Shown here: positions 9,458 to 19,678 of the stretch, piece after piece | Position numbering within the stretch: position 1 is the first letter of the stretch | Layout of the letters: each line of letters begins with the position of its first letter | Origin: an uncultured Chloroflexia bacterium | GTDB taxonomy: Bacteria > Chloroflexota > Limnocylindria > Limnocylindrales > CSP1-4 | Length of the DNA stretch: 64,000 bases | Assembly: GCA_963707215.1 (NCBI GenBank) | Contig: CAVPPB010000002.1 | Location: 288,001 to 352,000 of the forward strand | Reading direction: 5' to 3' | Notes under the pieces: model-generated | What the model was told of the DNA's origin: nothing | Seen by the model: only the letters and a program-made list of their open reading frames with translations | Database searches by the model: none | Position numbers and translations under genes: made by a program

Positions 9458-9910
9458 TCAGCCGAGCTCGGCAAGGGGGCGACGGCCGTCGTAGCCGTCG
9501 TCGTGATCGTGCCACCAGGCGATGTCGCCCTCCCCGAGTCGCCAGCAGAGCCAGACGGGGCGACCGGCGACGAGCGCCGGCAGGTCGACCAGGCCCGTGG
9601 GGATGTCCCGCAGGACGACCTCGACCTCGTCCAGGCGGGTGACGTCGGCCTGCATCTGGTCGATGAGCCCCTGCATCCGCAGGCGGATCCGACGGAGCTC
9701 GGGGTCCCTGGCGGCGAGGTCGGCGAGCGTCTCGTCGTCCAGCGCGCGGCCGGCCGGCGGCCCCGCGGCGGATTGGACCCCGGCGAGACGCTCGACGGCG
9801 AGATCGCGCAGCGCGACGAGCGCCTCGCGCTGGTCGCGCAGGCGCTCCAGGACCTCGCGAAGCTCGGCGATGCGGGCGTTGGCGTCGTCGATGGTGTAGT
9901 AGCGTGTCAC
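9458..9910 (-). CDS. DUF2203-family protein
   Basis: YYTIDDAN N-terminus, LRDIPTGLVDLPA..VWLCWRLGE..WWH..GYDGRRP; TACAAT 7 nt before GTG. Confidence 0.85.
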   Translation of the reverse strand: MTRYYTIDDANARIAELREVLERLRDQREALVALRDLAVERLAGVQSAAGPPAGRALDDETLADLAARDPELRRIRLRMQGLIDQMQADVTRLDEVEVVLRDIPTGLVDLPALVAGRPVWLCWRLGEGDIAWWHDHDDGYDGRRPLAELG

Positions 9911-10050
9911 GAGCAGGATTGTAGAGCCTCGATCCGGATGGTCCGTCGGGCAGGTCCTTCGGCGGCCACTGCTCGGACCCGGCCAGCCGTCACGGGCACC
10001 ACACAGCCCGGCCCGCTGGGGGCCCGGTCGGGTAGAGTCGCCACGGCGAC

Positions 10051-10125
10051 GGGCCCGTAGCTCAGGGGCAGAGCAGGGGACTTTTAATCCTCGTGTCGTG
10101 GGTTCGAATCCCACCGGGCCCTCCA
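10051..10125 (+). tRNA. tRNA-Lys (anticodon UUU)
   Basis: GGGCCCG acceptor stem, TAGCTCAG D-arm, anticodon loop CTTTTAA, GGTTCGAATCC T-arm, encoded CCA. Confidence 0.95.
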
Positions 10126-10401
10126 TGCCCCAGGCCGACGACCACGTCCAGGCGGAGTCAGGAGGACCGACCGCACAGCGCGACGGAGGCTCGCAGCCCA
10201 TCGGACCCTTGGCGATGATGGCCGTACGAACCACGCTGTCCCACGCTGCGCCTCGGCGCGGATCGGACCGGACCGCATCCTGTTCATCCCCCGGATACGC
10301 CATGCTCACGGCGACGGAGCAGGGTCCGGCGCCTGGCGCCGGTCCGTCCGTCGACGGTCCTCCGTCGGAGCATCGCCATCGCCCTTCATGGAGGTCCTCA
10401 G

Positions 10402-11403
10402 ATGGGCTTCGATCTCAGGGACCGCAGCTTCGTCAAGCTGCTTGACTACTCTCCGAAGGAGATCCGCTTCCTGCTTGACCTGGCCGCCGACCTGAAGGCC
10501 GCCAAGTACGCCGGCACCGAGCAGCGGCGGCTGCGGGGCAAGAACATCGCCCTCATCTTCGAGAAGACCTCCACTCGGACCCGGGTGGCCTTCGAGGTGG
10601 CCGCCTACGACCAGGGCGCCCACGTCACCTACCTCGGCCCGAGCGGGACCCAGATCGGCCACAAGGAGTCGATGAAGGACACTGCCCGGGTCCTCGGCCG
10701 CATCTTCGACGGCATCGAGTACCGGGGCTTCGGGCAGGGGATCGTGGAGGAGCTCGCGGCCTACGCCGGCGTCCCGGTCTGGAACGGGCTGACCGACGAA
10801 TTCCACCCGACCCAGATCCTGGCCGACGTGCTGACGATGACCGAGCACAGCGACAAGCCGCTGACGCGCATCTCGTACTGCTACCTGGGCGACGCCCGCA
10901 ACAACATGGGCAACTCGCTGCTGGTCGGCGGGGCGAAGCTGGGGATGGACGTCCGGCTCTGCGCTCCACGGGCGCTCTGGCCCCACGAGGACCTCGTCGA
11001 GACCTGTCGGGGCATCGCCGCCGAGACCGGCGCCCGGATCACCCTGACCGAGGATCCGGCCGAGGGCGTCAAGGACGTCGATTTTCTCTACACGGACGTC
11101 TGGGTCTCCATGGGCGAGGATCCGTCGGTCTGGGAGGAGCGGGTCAGGCTCCTCAAGCCGTACCAGGTCAACGCGGACCTGGTCGCCCTGTCCGGCAACC
11201 CCGGCGTCAAGTTCCTGCACTGCCTGCCGGCCTTCCACGACCGCGAGACGAAGGTCGGCGAGGAGATGTACGAGCGCTTCGGGCTCGACGGCATGGAGGT
11301 CACCAACGACGTGTTCGAGTCAGAGCGCTCGATCGTCTGGGACCAGGCCGAGAACCGGATGCACACGATCAAGGCGGTCATGGTCGCGACGCTCGGCGAC
11401 TGA
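10402..11403 (+). CDS. arcB: Ornithine carbamoyltransferase (probably catabolic)
   Basis: [28 protein letters not shown] motifs; adjacent to arcA. Confidence 0.93.
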   Translation: MGFDLRDRSFVKLLDYSPKEIRFLLDLAADLKAAKYAGTEQRRLRGKNIALIFEKTSTRTRVAFEVAAYDQGAHVTYLGPSGTQIGHKESMKDTARVLGRIFDGIEYRGFGQGIVEELAAYAGVPVWNGLTDEFHPTQILADVLTMTEHSDKPLTRISYCYLGDARNNMGNSLLVGGAKLGMDVRLCAPRALWPHEDLVETCRGIAAETGARITLTEDPAEGVKDVDFLYTDVWVSMGEDPSVWEERVRLLKPYQVNADLVALSGNPGVKFLHCLPAFHDRETKVGEEMYERFGLDGMEVTNDVFESERSIVWDQAENRMHTIKAVMVATLGD

Positions 11404-11540
11404 GCCGATCGGCTCGCTCGACGACCGGGCCTCGTCGACGGCACGGACGGCACGACCACCGTCCCCGCCAGTGGGGCCATGGCAGGATCGGAAACGGGTC
11501 GGCTCGCTGGCCGCCCGGGCCGTTGAAGGAGCGACGTGTC

Positions 11541-12800
11541 ATGACAGGGTTCGGGGTCCACTCCGAGGTCGGCAAGCTGCGCAAGGTCATCGTCCATCGG
11601 CCGGACCTCAGCCTGAGGCGGCTCACGCCCGGCAACCACGACGACCTGCTCTTCGACGACGTCCTGTGGGTCGAGCGGGCCAAGTGGGAGCACGACCAGT
11701 TCGTCGCCCGGATGCGCGAGCGCGGTGTCGAGGTCTTCTACGTCGAGGACCTCCTGACGGAGGCGCTGGCCGAGGACGAGGTCCGGCTCCGCCTGATCGA
11801 GGTCGTGACCCGCGAGCACGTCGTGGGCCCGACCCTCGTGGAGGAGGTCGCTGCGTGTCTGGCCGGATTCCCGCCGGACGTCCTGGCCGCTCACCTCATC
11901 GGGGGCCTGACCGTCGGCGAATCGGGGCTCGACCTGGGCCGCCTTGCCGGCGGCTCACTGATCGCGGCGGCGATCGAAGACGACACGACGTTCATCCTGC
12001 CGCCCCTCCCGAACACGCTCTTCACGCGCGACTCGTCGTGCTGGATCTACGGCGGCGTCTCAGTCAACCCGATGTTCTGGCCGGCTCGTCGTCGCGAGGC
12101 GTTCAACATGGCCGCCATCTACCGCGGCCACCCGATGTTCCGCGAGGCCGACTTCGAGTTCTGGTACCCGACGATGGGGGAGGACGAGCGGGTCCGGGCC
12201 GAGGACTTCGGCATGGCCTCATTGGAGGGCGGCGACGTCGAGGTCCTGGGACGTGGCACGGTGCTCATCGGCCTCTCCGAGCGGACCACCGGTCGGATGA
12301 TCGAGGAGATCGCACTGGCCCTCTTCGCCAGGGAGGCGGCCCAGCGCGTCATCGCCTGTGTGATGACCAGGGACCGGGCCCACATGCATCTCGACACCGT
12401 GTTCACCCTCCTTGACCTGGACAAGGCGACGGCCTATCCCAAGGTCGTCGAGGGGATCCGGGCGATCAGTCTTCGGCCGGGCGAGCGGCCCGGTACCCTC
12501 GACGTCCGGCCCGAGAGGGACCTCCTATCGGCGGTCACGGATGCCCTCGGCGTGCCGAAGCTGCACGTGGTCGAGACCGGCGGTGACGCCTACCAGCAGG
12601 CCCGTGAGCAATGGGACGACGGCAACAACGTCGTCGCCCTCGAGCCTGGCGTCGTCGTCGCTTACGAGCGGAACACGTTCACCATCTCGAAGATGCGCGA
12701 TGCCGGGGTCGAGGTCATCCCGATCGAGGGCTTCGAGCTGGGCAAGGGCCGCGGCGGTGGGCACTGCATGACCTGCCCGATCAGCCGCGACGCTGTCTGA
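11541..12800 (+). CDS. arcA: Arginine deiminase
   Basis: VHSEVGKL, LLFDD, PNTLFTRD, LEGGD, MHLDTV, EQWDDGNN, GRGGGHCMTCP. Confidence 0.95.
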   Translation: MTGFGVHSEVGKLRKVIVHRPDLSLRRLTPGNHDDLLFDDVLWVERAKWEHDQFVARMRERGVEVFYVEDLLTEALAEDEVRLRLIEVVTREHVVGPTLVEEVAACLAGFPPDVLAAHLIGGLTVGESGLDLGRLAGGSLIAAAIEDDTTFILPPLPNTLFTRDSSCWIYGGVSVNPMFWPARRREAFNMAAIYRGHPMFREADFEFWYPTMGEDERVRAEDFGMASLEGGDVEVLGRGTVLIGLSERTTGRMIEEIALALFAREAAQRVIACVMTRDRAHMHLDTVFTLLDLDKATAYPKVVEGIRAISLRPGERPGTLDVRPERDLLSAVTDALGVPKLHVVETGGDAYQQAREQWDDGNNVVALEPGVVVAYERNTFTISKMRDAGVEVIPIEGFELGKGRGGGHCMTCPISRDAV

Positions 12801-12872
12801 GGGAGGGGCGGGTCCCGCACCTCGATCGGGCCGGCTCGTGAGCTGCCGCGTGCCCCTGCGCGGGACGATCGA

Positions 12873-13748
12873 TCAGAACGGCGTCGGGATGTACTTGAGC
12901 GGCAGGTCGGGCGAGGTGTGGCCAGCGCTCACCCTGCGCTTTGGCAGCTCCACCTCGCGAGGCTCGAGCGGCTCGTAGGGGACCTGGCTCAGCAGGTGGC
13001 TGATGATGTTGAGCCGCCCCCGCTTCTTGTCGTCGGTGCGGGCGATCCACCAGGGCGCCCACGGTGTGTCGGTCGCCGCCAGCATGGCGTCCCGGGCCCG
13101 CGAGTAGTCGTCCCAGCGGCCGTACGACTTGAGGTCCATGTCGGTCAACTTCCAGACCTTGCGGGGGTCGTTGATGCGGCCCTCGAGGCGGCGGGTCTGC
13201 TCCTCGGGGCTGACCTCCAGCCAGTACTTGAGGAGGATGATCCCGGACTCGACCATCGCCCTCTCGACGGCCGGTGCCTGCTCGAGGAACTTCTCGGTCT
13301 CCTCGGGAGTGCAGAAGCCCATGACCCGCTCGACCCCGGCCCGGTTGTACCAGCTGCGGTCGAAGATCACGACCTCGCCGCCCGCTGGGAAGTGCGGCAG
13401 GTAGCGCTGGACGTACATCTGGGACTTCTCGCGCTCGGTCGGGGCGGACAGGGCGACGACCTTGAAGACCCGCGGGCTGACCCGCTCGGTGATCCGCTTG
13501 ATGGTGCCGCCCTTGCCGGCGGTGTCCCGGCCCTCGAAGACGATGCAGACCTTGGCCCCGGTCGCCTTGACCCACTCCTGCATCGCCACGAGCTCGCCGT
13601 GGAGGCGGGTCATCTCCCGCTCGTAGTCCTTGGTCTTCATCTTCGGCGGGGGCCCGCCCGGGGACGGCTCGGATTCGCCGCCCGGGACGTCGCGGGGCGC
13701 CTGGTCCTCATGCGGCTTCCGACCCTTCTTGTCCCTCTTCTTGGTCAC
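12873..13748 (-). CDS. ppk2: Polyphosphate kinase 2
   Basis: FEGRDTAGKGG Walker A, FDRSWYNRAGVERVMGF, DDKKRGRLN; GGAGG SD before GTG at 13748. Confidence 0.93.
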   Translation of the reverse strand: MTKKRDKKGRKPHEDQAPRDVPGGESEPSPGGPPPKMKTKDYEREMTRLHGELVAMQEWVKATGAKVCIVFEGRDTAGKGGTIKRITERVSPRVFKVVALSAPTEREKSQMYVQRYLPHFPAGGEVVIFDRSWYNRAGVERVMGFCTPEETEKFLEQAPAVERAMVESGIILLKYWLEVSPEEQTRRLEGRINDPRKVWKLTDMDLKSYGRWDDYSRARDAMLAATDTPWAPWWIARTDDKKRGRLNIISHLLSQVPYEPLEPREVELPKRRVSAGHTSPDLPLKYIPTPF

Positions 13749-13889
13749 GTTCTCGTCCTCCACTCGGCTCGTCGATATCGGATCCGGCTGCGGCACAGCC
13801 AGACACCTGGACGTCCGGGAGCTGGCTCGGCGGCGCCGGCTATGCCGGTCCGCCGCCGCTGCGCGGCTCCGGGACTTCGGTCCGTAGCA

Positions 13890-16652
13890 CTACGCAGTGA
13901 CGGCCACCGCCTCCGGCTCGGCCGCGACCGTCTTCTCCACCGGTTCGACCTGCCAGACGAGCTTGCGGATCTCGGAGACCACGATCACCAGCAGGCCGAC
14001 GACGATGCAGACAGCCCACTGCTCGATGGTCAGGCTGGTCGTGCTCAGCAACCGAGTGAGGACGCCCAGCTCGGTCATCAGCAGGATCGTCGCCATCGAG
14101 GCCAGGCTGGCGAGGATGAACGGGCGGTCCGCCAGGACGCCGAGGCTGAAGGCCGAGTTGCGCTCGTCCTTGGTCGCCAGCGAGAAGGCCAGGTTGCCGA
14201 TCGAGAAGGTGACCATGCCCATGGTCCGGGCGATCGTGTCGTCGTAGGTCTGGCTCGCCCAGTAGATGACGGCCAGCGAGCCCCCGCCCATGACCAGCCC
14301 CATGATGGCGAGCCAGATGAGCATCGGACGGTCGAGGAGCGCTTCCTTGGAAGGCCTCGGCAGGCGCTCCATCAGCCCTGTGGCCGGTTTGCCGAAGCCG
14401 AGGGCGATGGCCTGGAAGACCTGGATGGTGAAGTTCATGAACAGGGTCTGGGCCGGGTAGAACGGGACGCCGCCCAGGACGTTCAGGAGGCTGGAGCCCA
14501 GGAACGTCGCGATGTAGCCGATCAGGACGGCGACCTGGAACCGGATGTACTTCTTGAGGTTGTCGTAGAGGCCGCGCCCCAGCTCGACCGCCTTCACGAT
14601 CGTCGCGAAGTTGTCGTCGGTCAGGATCATGTTGGCGGCTTCCTTGGAGACCTCCGTGCCGGTGATCCCCATGGCCACGCCGATGTCGGCGCGCTTCAGC
14701 GCCGGGGCGTCGTTCACGCCGTCGCCGGTCATGGCCACGATGTGGTCCTTCTTGCGCAGGATGTCGACCAGGTGGACCTTGTCCTCGGGAGCCACCCGGG
14801 CGATGACACCGATGCCGTCGATCTCGCGCATGGCCTCGTCGTCGCTCATCGCCCGGAACTCGGCGCCGGTGATGGCCCGGCCCCGGATGCCGAGCTCGCT
14901 GGCGATCGCCCCCGCCGTCACGGCATGGTCGCCAGTGATCATCCGGACCTGGATGCCGGCGGCGTGGGCCTCCTTGATCGATGCCTTGGCCTCCGTCCGC
15001 GGCGGGTCGACGATGCCGACGAGGGCCAGCAGCGTCATCCCGTCGAGGAGGGGCAGGAGGTCGGCGTCCGGGTCGAAGGTGGACGGGTCGAAGTCCTTGC
15101 GGCCGGTCGCCATCACCCGGAGACCCTTGGCGCCCAGGCGCTCGTTCTCGTCCATGTAGCGCTGGCGGAGGTCGTCGTCCACTAGCCGGGTGCCGGACAG
15201 GTCGGGGGTGACTACCTCCGTGCCACGGGCCAGGAGCTGGTCGGGTGCGCCCTTCACGAAGCAGCGGACGACCTCGTTGCCGGACTCGTCCGTCATCCGG
15301 TGGAAGGTGGCCATCATCTTGTACTCGGCGTCGAACGGCAGCGTCGCGACCCGCGGGTAGGTCTCCCGGGTGGCGACGGTGCTGACCCCGCCCTTCTCGG
15401 CGAGGACCACCAGCGCTCCCTCCGTCGGGTCGCCGATCAGCTCGCCGTCCTTGACGACGGCGTCCGAGGCCAGGACGCAGGGCAGGAGGAACGGGTCGAG
15501 CGGGACGTCGACATCGCCGCCGACCCTGCTGATGGTGCCCTCGAACCCATAGCCCGTGCCCGAGACCGTGTGGCGCCGACCGGGGATCGTCAGCTCGGTG
15601 GCGGTCATCTGGTTGAGGGTCAGGGTGCCGGTCTTGTCCGAGTTGATGGCCGACGTCGACCCGAGGGTCTCGACGGAGCGCAGCTGCTTGACGATGGCGT
15701 GGGCCTTGGCGAGGGTCTGCGTGCCGTACGAGAGGATCGTGGTGATGACGGCCGGCAGGCCCGTCGGGATGGCCGAGACGGCGAAGGCGATGGCGGTGAC
15801 GAACAGGACGTCGAACGGCTGGTCGTACCGGAAGTAGCCGATCGCGATGGAGGCGATGAGGGCGACACCGGCGATGATCAGCAGCTGCTGGGTCAGGACG
15901 TTGATCTGGCGGGTGAGCGGGGTCTCCTCCTCGGGGGCCTCCTGGAGCATCCCGGAGATGTGGCCGACCTCGGTGCTCATGCCCGTCGCGGTGACCAGCA
16001 TCTCCCCGGAGCCGCGGGTGACGTTCGTGTTCATGAAGGCCATGTCGACGCGGTCGCCCAGCGCGGCATCGGCGGCGACCGGAGCGACCTGCTTCGATGC
16101 CGGCAGGCTCTCGCCGGTCAGGGCGGCCTCCTCGAGCTCGACGGTCGCGGCCTTGATGAGCCTTCCGTCAGCGGTGATGACGTCCCCGGCCTCGAAGGCG
16201 ACGATGTCGCCGGGGACCAGCTCCTCGGCCGGGATCTCCACCAACTCGCCGTCGCGACGGACCCGCGCCTTGACGATCATCATCTGCTGGAGGGCGGCCA
16301 CGGCGGCCGCGGCCTTGCCCTCCTGGCTAAGGCCGAGGTAGGCGTTGAAGACCGTCAGCACGATGAGCATCACGCCGGTCGAGACCTGGCCGACCGGCCA
16401 GATGCTGGCGATGCCGGCGACCAGCAGGACGATCTGCATCAGGTCCGCGTACTGGCGCAGGAAGGCCCGCCAGCGCGGCTCGGTCTCCTGCTCGGCGAAC
16501 TTGTTGGGTCCATAGGTCGAGCGTCGCGACGTGACCTCGACGGCGCTCAGGCCCCGCGCAGGATCGACACCCTGCGCTGCGAGCGCCTCCTCCACGGACA
16601 GGGCATGCCAGGCGGTCGTGGGCGCCGCAGGGGCCCCCGGTTGCTCGCTCAT
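13890..16652 (-). CDS. P-type ATPase, type II-like cation transporter with atypical ion-binding residues
   Basis: LTGES, DKTGTLT, GDPTE, KGAPD, MITGD, TGDGVNDAPALK motifs; GGGAG SD before ATG 16652. Confidence 0.92.
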   Translation of the reverse strand: MSEQPGAPAAPTTAWHALSVEEALAAQGVDPARGLSAVEVTSRRSTYGPNKFAEQETEPRWRAFLRQYADLMQIVLLVAGIASIWPVGQVSTGVMLIVLTVFNAYLGLSQEGKAAAAVAALQQMMIVKARVRRDGELVEIPAEELVPGDIVAFEAGDVITADGRLIKAATVELEEAALTGESLPASKQVAPVAADAALGDRVDMAFMNTNVTRGSGEMLVTATGMSTEVGHISGMLQEAPEEETPLTRQINVLTQQLLIIAGVALIASIAIGYFRYDQPFDVLFVTAIAFAVSAIPTGLPAVITTILSYGTQTLAKAHAIVKQLRSVETLGSTSAINSDKTGTLTLNQMTATELTIPGRRHTVSGTGYGFEGTISRVGGDVDVPLDPFLLPCVLASDAVVKDGELIGDPTEGALVVLAEKGGVSTVATRETYPRVATLPFDAEYKMMATFHRMTDESGNEVVRCFVKGAPDQLLARGTEVVTPDLSGTRLVDDDLRQRYMDENERLGAKGLRVMATGRKDFDPSTFDPDADLLPLLDGMTLLALVGIVDPPRTEAKASIKEAHAAGIQVRMITGDHAVTAGAIASELGIRGRAITGAEFRAMSDDEAMREIDGIGVIARVAPEDKVHLVDILRKKDHIVAMTGDGVNDAPALKRADIGVAMGITGTEVSKEAANMILTDDNFATIVKAVELGRGLYDNLKKYIRFQVAVLIGYIATFLGSSLLNVLGGVPFYPAQTLFMNFTIQVFQAIALGFGKPATGLMERLPRPSKEALLDRPMLIWLAIMGLVMGGGSLAVIYWASQTYDDTIARTMGMVTFSIGNLAFSLATKDERNSAFSLGVLADRPFILASLASMATILLMTELGVLTRLLSTTSLTIEQWAVCIVVGLLVIVVSEIRKLVWQVEPVEKTVAAEPEAVAVTA

Positions 16653-16911
16653 CGTCTCCCTCGCTTCATGCGCACCGGCCCCGGCCCCGGGATCGGTCTC
16701 GAGCCAGTGTCCGAAGATGCTACCCCACGGGTCCGGGCCGACTCCGGGCCATGAGGCCCGGACGCCTGTCGCCACTAGACCCGATGGCGCGACGACGCGC
16801 ATCCTCCCTTTGGGGGGGGTATGGGACCGGCCCTGGACGCCGCGTGCGCTCGGGCGGGGCGCGACGCATCCGTCGGTGGGTCGGTCGGCGACCGAACCCG
16901 CCGATCCCCGC

Positions 16912-17715
16912 TCAGCCCAGTGAGAGCCCCTCGCCGTCGCCGAGTGGTCCGACGGGAGGGGCACCGGCCGGCAGCCAGCGGACCGATCCTGGCCCGTGGA
17001 CCCGCCAGGTGCGGCTGCGGTCCCCATCGCGTCCCTCCATCCGCTCCGTCGCTTCGACGACGGGCTCGCGGATGATGCCGGTCGCCTCGTCGAGGCCCAG
17101 CCAGCCCGGTGCATCCCGGCCGGCCGCCGTGGCTACGGAGGCTGCCCAGATGACCTGCCGGCCGCCGTCGAAGTGGGGGACCACGGCCACGCCGGGGATC
17201 AGGCCGAGGGCCCGACGCGGTCCCTCCTGCGTCCACGTCCAGCCGCCCAGGACCATGGCACCGGCACTGGCCCCGGCGACCGCGGCCCCTCGAGCGTGGG
17301 CAGCCAGGATGGCCCTCCACGCGAGGCCCTCCTCGAGGACGTCGAGGAGGTGGCTCGGGTCCCCGCCGACGAGGTAGACGACGTCGGCCCCAGCCAGCCG
17401 GCCGGCCGGGCCGCTCCGATCGGCATCCTCCCGCTCGAGGACGCCGATCCCCTCGACGCGCACGGGGATGCCGGTCTCGCCGGCCGCCTGCTCGAAGGCG
17501 GTCCGTCCGTGGGCGACGGCCAGGTCCGGTCGGCTCCGCGCGGCGGCCGTCGGCACGATCGCGACCCCCAGTCCGTCGGCGTCCCCGGCCGTGCCCACAC
17601 AGGCCCGGTCGCGGGGCCCGCGCGAGGCTGAGGCTGCCTTGAGCAGCGCCCCCAGGAAGCGCCCGTCGTCAGGTCCGAACTCGCCGCCGCCGTGCAGGCC
17701 GATCGGCCCGCTCAC
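16912..17715 (-). CDS. Peptidase S51 / cyanophycinase-like protein
   Basis: LHGGGE N-terminus, IVPTAA, YLVGGDP, GASAGAM nucleophile motif, VPHFD, GLDEATG. Confidence 0.8.
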   Translation of the reverse strand: MSGPIGLHGGGEFGPDDGRFLGALLKAASASRGPRDRACVGTAGDADGLGVAIVPTAAARSRPDLAVAHGRTAFEQAAGETGIPVRVEGIGVLEREDADRSGPAGRLAGADVVYLVGGDPSHLLDVLEEGLAWRAILAAHARGAAVAGASAGAMVLGGWTWTQEGPRRALGLIPGVAVVPHFDGGRQVIWAASVATAAGRDAPGWLGLDEATGIIREPVVEATERMEGRDGDRSRTWRVHGPGSVRWLPAGAPPVGPLGDGEGLSLG

Positions 17716-18089
17716 CGTCCGCGCTTCGGCTCGGTGCCCTCGCCGCCGTCGGATCCCGTGGGCTCCCCGGACGGCTCGGGCCCCTCGGACGGCGGGGTCA
17801 CGTCCTTGATCCTGGGCTGGGCGGGCAGGGGTGGCGATCTGCGCCCGAGGAGCCGGTCCAGGCCCGGACCCAGCGTCACGAACGGGGCCAGGAAGCCGAT
17901 GATGAGGATCGGGACCAGGAAGCGGGCCGGCCCCCGGACCACGGCCGCCGCGACGGCCAGGGTGAGCATCGCCACGTAGTAGGCAAGCAGCGCCTGCTGG
18001 CTCCAGCCGGCCAGGTAGAGGCGGCGGGTCGGGATGACCATGACGAGGGCCAGGATCCCGACGAGCGCGAGCAGGATGAGTGGCGACAC
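17712..18089 (-). CDS. Hypothetical membrane protein
   Basis: Three hydrophobic helices and an IKDVTP tail; TATCAT 7 nt before GTG; stop overlaps next start. Confidence 0.65.
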   Translation of the reverse strand: MSPLILLALVGILALVMVIPTRRLYLAGWSQQALLAYYVAMLTLAVAAAVVRGPARFLVPILIIGFLAPFVTLGPGLDRLLGRRSPPLPAQPRIKDVTPPSEGPEPSGEPTGSDGGEGTEPKRGR

Positions 18090-18307
18090 TTCCCTGATGA
18101 TACGGGCAGGGGGATCGCGGCCGGCGCAGCCGGACGAGCCGGCCGACCGGGCGCCGGAGCGGCGCGGTCGGCCCATCTGGTGGTGACCGTCCGGGGCACC
18201 TCCTGTCACTTGGTCCCTTCCCGGGCGTCTTCACGGTGCTGGGCTACGATGGAGGCGACCGTTCCAGGGCCATCCCGGTGCCATCCCGGGCCGTCGGGGT
18301 CCCGATC

Positions 18308-19678
18308 ATGATCGATACGCTGCTCCGGCGACCGCGGGCGTGGATCGTCCGCTGGCGCCCCGTCCTGCCACTCCTCGCCGCCGAGCTCGTCGTGTGGCTC
18401 GGCTTCGGCGCGCTCCTGCCGGTCCTGCCGCTCTACTTCCGTGACCACGGCGTGGACCTGGCCACGATGGGGATCGTCATCGCCGCCTGGCCGGCGGCGC
18501 GGCTGGCGGCCGAGCCGGCCTTCGGCTGGCTGGCCGACCGGACCCGGCGGGTGCCGCTCATGCTGGCCGGCCTGCTCGTCTTCGCGGCGGCGACCGCCCT
18601 GCCGCTCGTCTTCGTCGGTCCGGCGGCCTTCCTCGTCCTGCGTGCCGTGGCCGGGCTCGCCTCGGCGGCCTACGACCCGGCTGCCCGCGGCTACCTGGCC
18701 GACGCCGTGCCCCTGGAGCGTCGCGCGGAGGCCTTCGGGATCTACGGCGCCGCCCAGATGGGCGGTCTGCTCCTGGGACCCGCGATCGGCGCCCTCGGCG
18801 CCGGGCTCTTCGGCGGCTACGAGTTCGTCTTCGGCTTCTGTGCCGTCGCCGCGGTCGTCGGCGCGATCGGGGTCGGCCTCTTCGTCAAGGAGCTCCGAGC
18901 TCCCCGGACGGCGAGCCATCCGCCCGGAGCGGGGATCGCCGGCCTGCCCATCGACGAGCCGGTCCTCTCCGAGGCGGCCGGCCGCGGCCTGGTCGAGCCG
19001 ATCGCCGAGCTGCCGTCCGATGCCGCGCGACGGCCGCCCAGCCTCCGCAACCGGATCCTCCTGGCGGCTCTCGTCATCCAGTTCGGGAGCCTCTACGCGA
19101 CCGGCGTATACGAGGTGATGTGGAGCCTGTTCCTCGAGTCCCGGGGCGCCGGGCTCGACCTGATCGGGCTGACCTTCATGATGTTCGGCGTCCCGATCCT
19201 GCTCCTCTCGCCGTACGCGGGGCGCCTGGCCGATCGCCGTGGGACCCTCGGCTTCGTCGTTCTCGGCTCGGTCGTGGCGGCGATCGCGGGGGTGCTCTAC
19301 ACGATCGTCCCGGAGGTCTGGATGGTCGTCCCGGTCATCCTGATGGAGTCGGCCGGGATCGCCTTCCTGGGCCCGGCCCTGTTCGCCATCGTGGCCGCGG
19401 GCAGCCCGGTCGGCCGATCGTCGACCGCCCAGGGGATCTTCGGGGCCGCGGGGACGATGGGCACGATCGTTGCCGCCCTGTCGGCCGGGTTCCTCGCGGA
19501 GATCGACCTGCGGCTACCGTTCTGGGCGTTCTCGGCGGTCGTGCTCGTGAGCCTCGCCATCGGCCTCGCCATCGGCGGTCGGTCGATCGCCGCCATCCAA
19601 CCGAACGCAGGCGACCGGGATCCCGCCTCGGCCATTCCCGGGGAGCCCGTCACCGCCGTCGGGGAGGCGCTGCCGTGA
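18308..19678 (+). CDS. MFS transporter
   Basis: About 12 TM helices; GWLADRTRR and GRLADRRG motif A repeats. Confidence 0.9.
   Translation: MIDTLLRRPRAWIVRWRPVLPLLAAELVVWLGFGALLPVLPLYFRDHGVDLATMGIVIAAWPAARLAAEPAFGWLADRTRRVPLMLAGLLVFAAATALPLVFVGPAAFLVLRAVAGLASAAYDPAARGYLADAVPLERRAEAFGIYGAAQMGGLLLGPAIGALGAGLFGGYEFVFGFCAVAAVVGAIGVGLFVKELRAPRTASHPPGAGIAGLPIDEPVLSEAAGRGLVEPIAELPSDAARRPPSLRNRILLAALVIQFGSLYATGVYEVMWSLFLESRGAGLDLIGLTFMMFGVPILLLSPYAGRLADRRGTLGFVVLGSVVAAIAGVLYTIVPEVWMVVPVILMESAGIAFLGPALFAIVAAGSPVGRSSTAQGIFGAAGTMGTIVAALSAGFLAEIDLRLPFWAFSAVVLVSLAIGLAIGGRSIAAIQPNAGDRDPASAIPGEPVTAVGEALP

Noticed and set aside
16660-16830. yybP-ykoY or M-box riboswitch upstream of the P-type ATPase
   Set aside because: Only a loose AAAGGGAG match; the other conserved elements were not found by eye; needs an Infernal search
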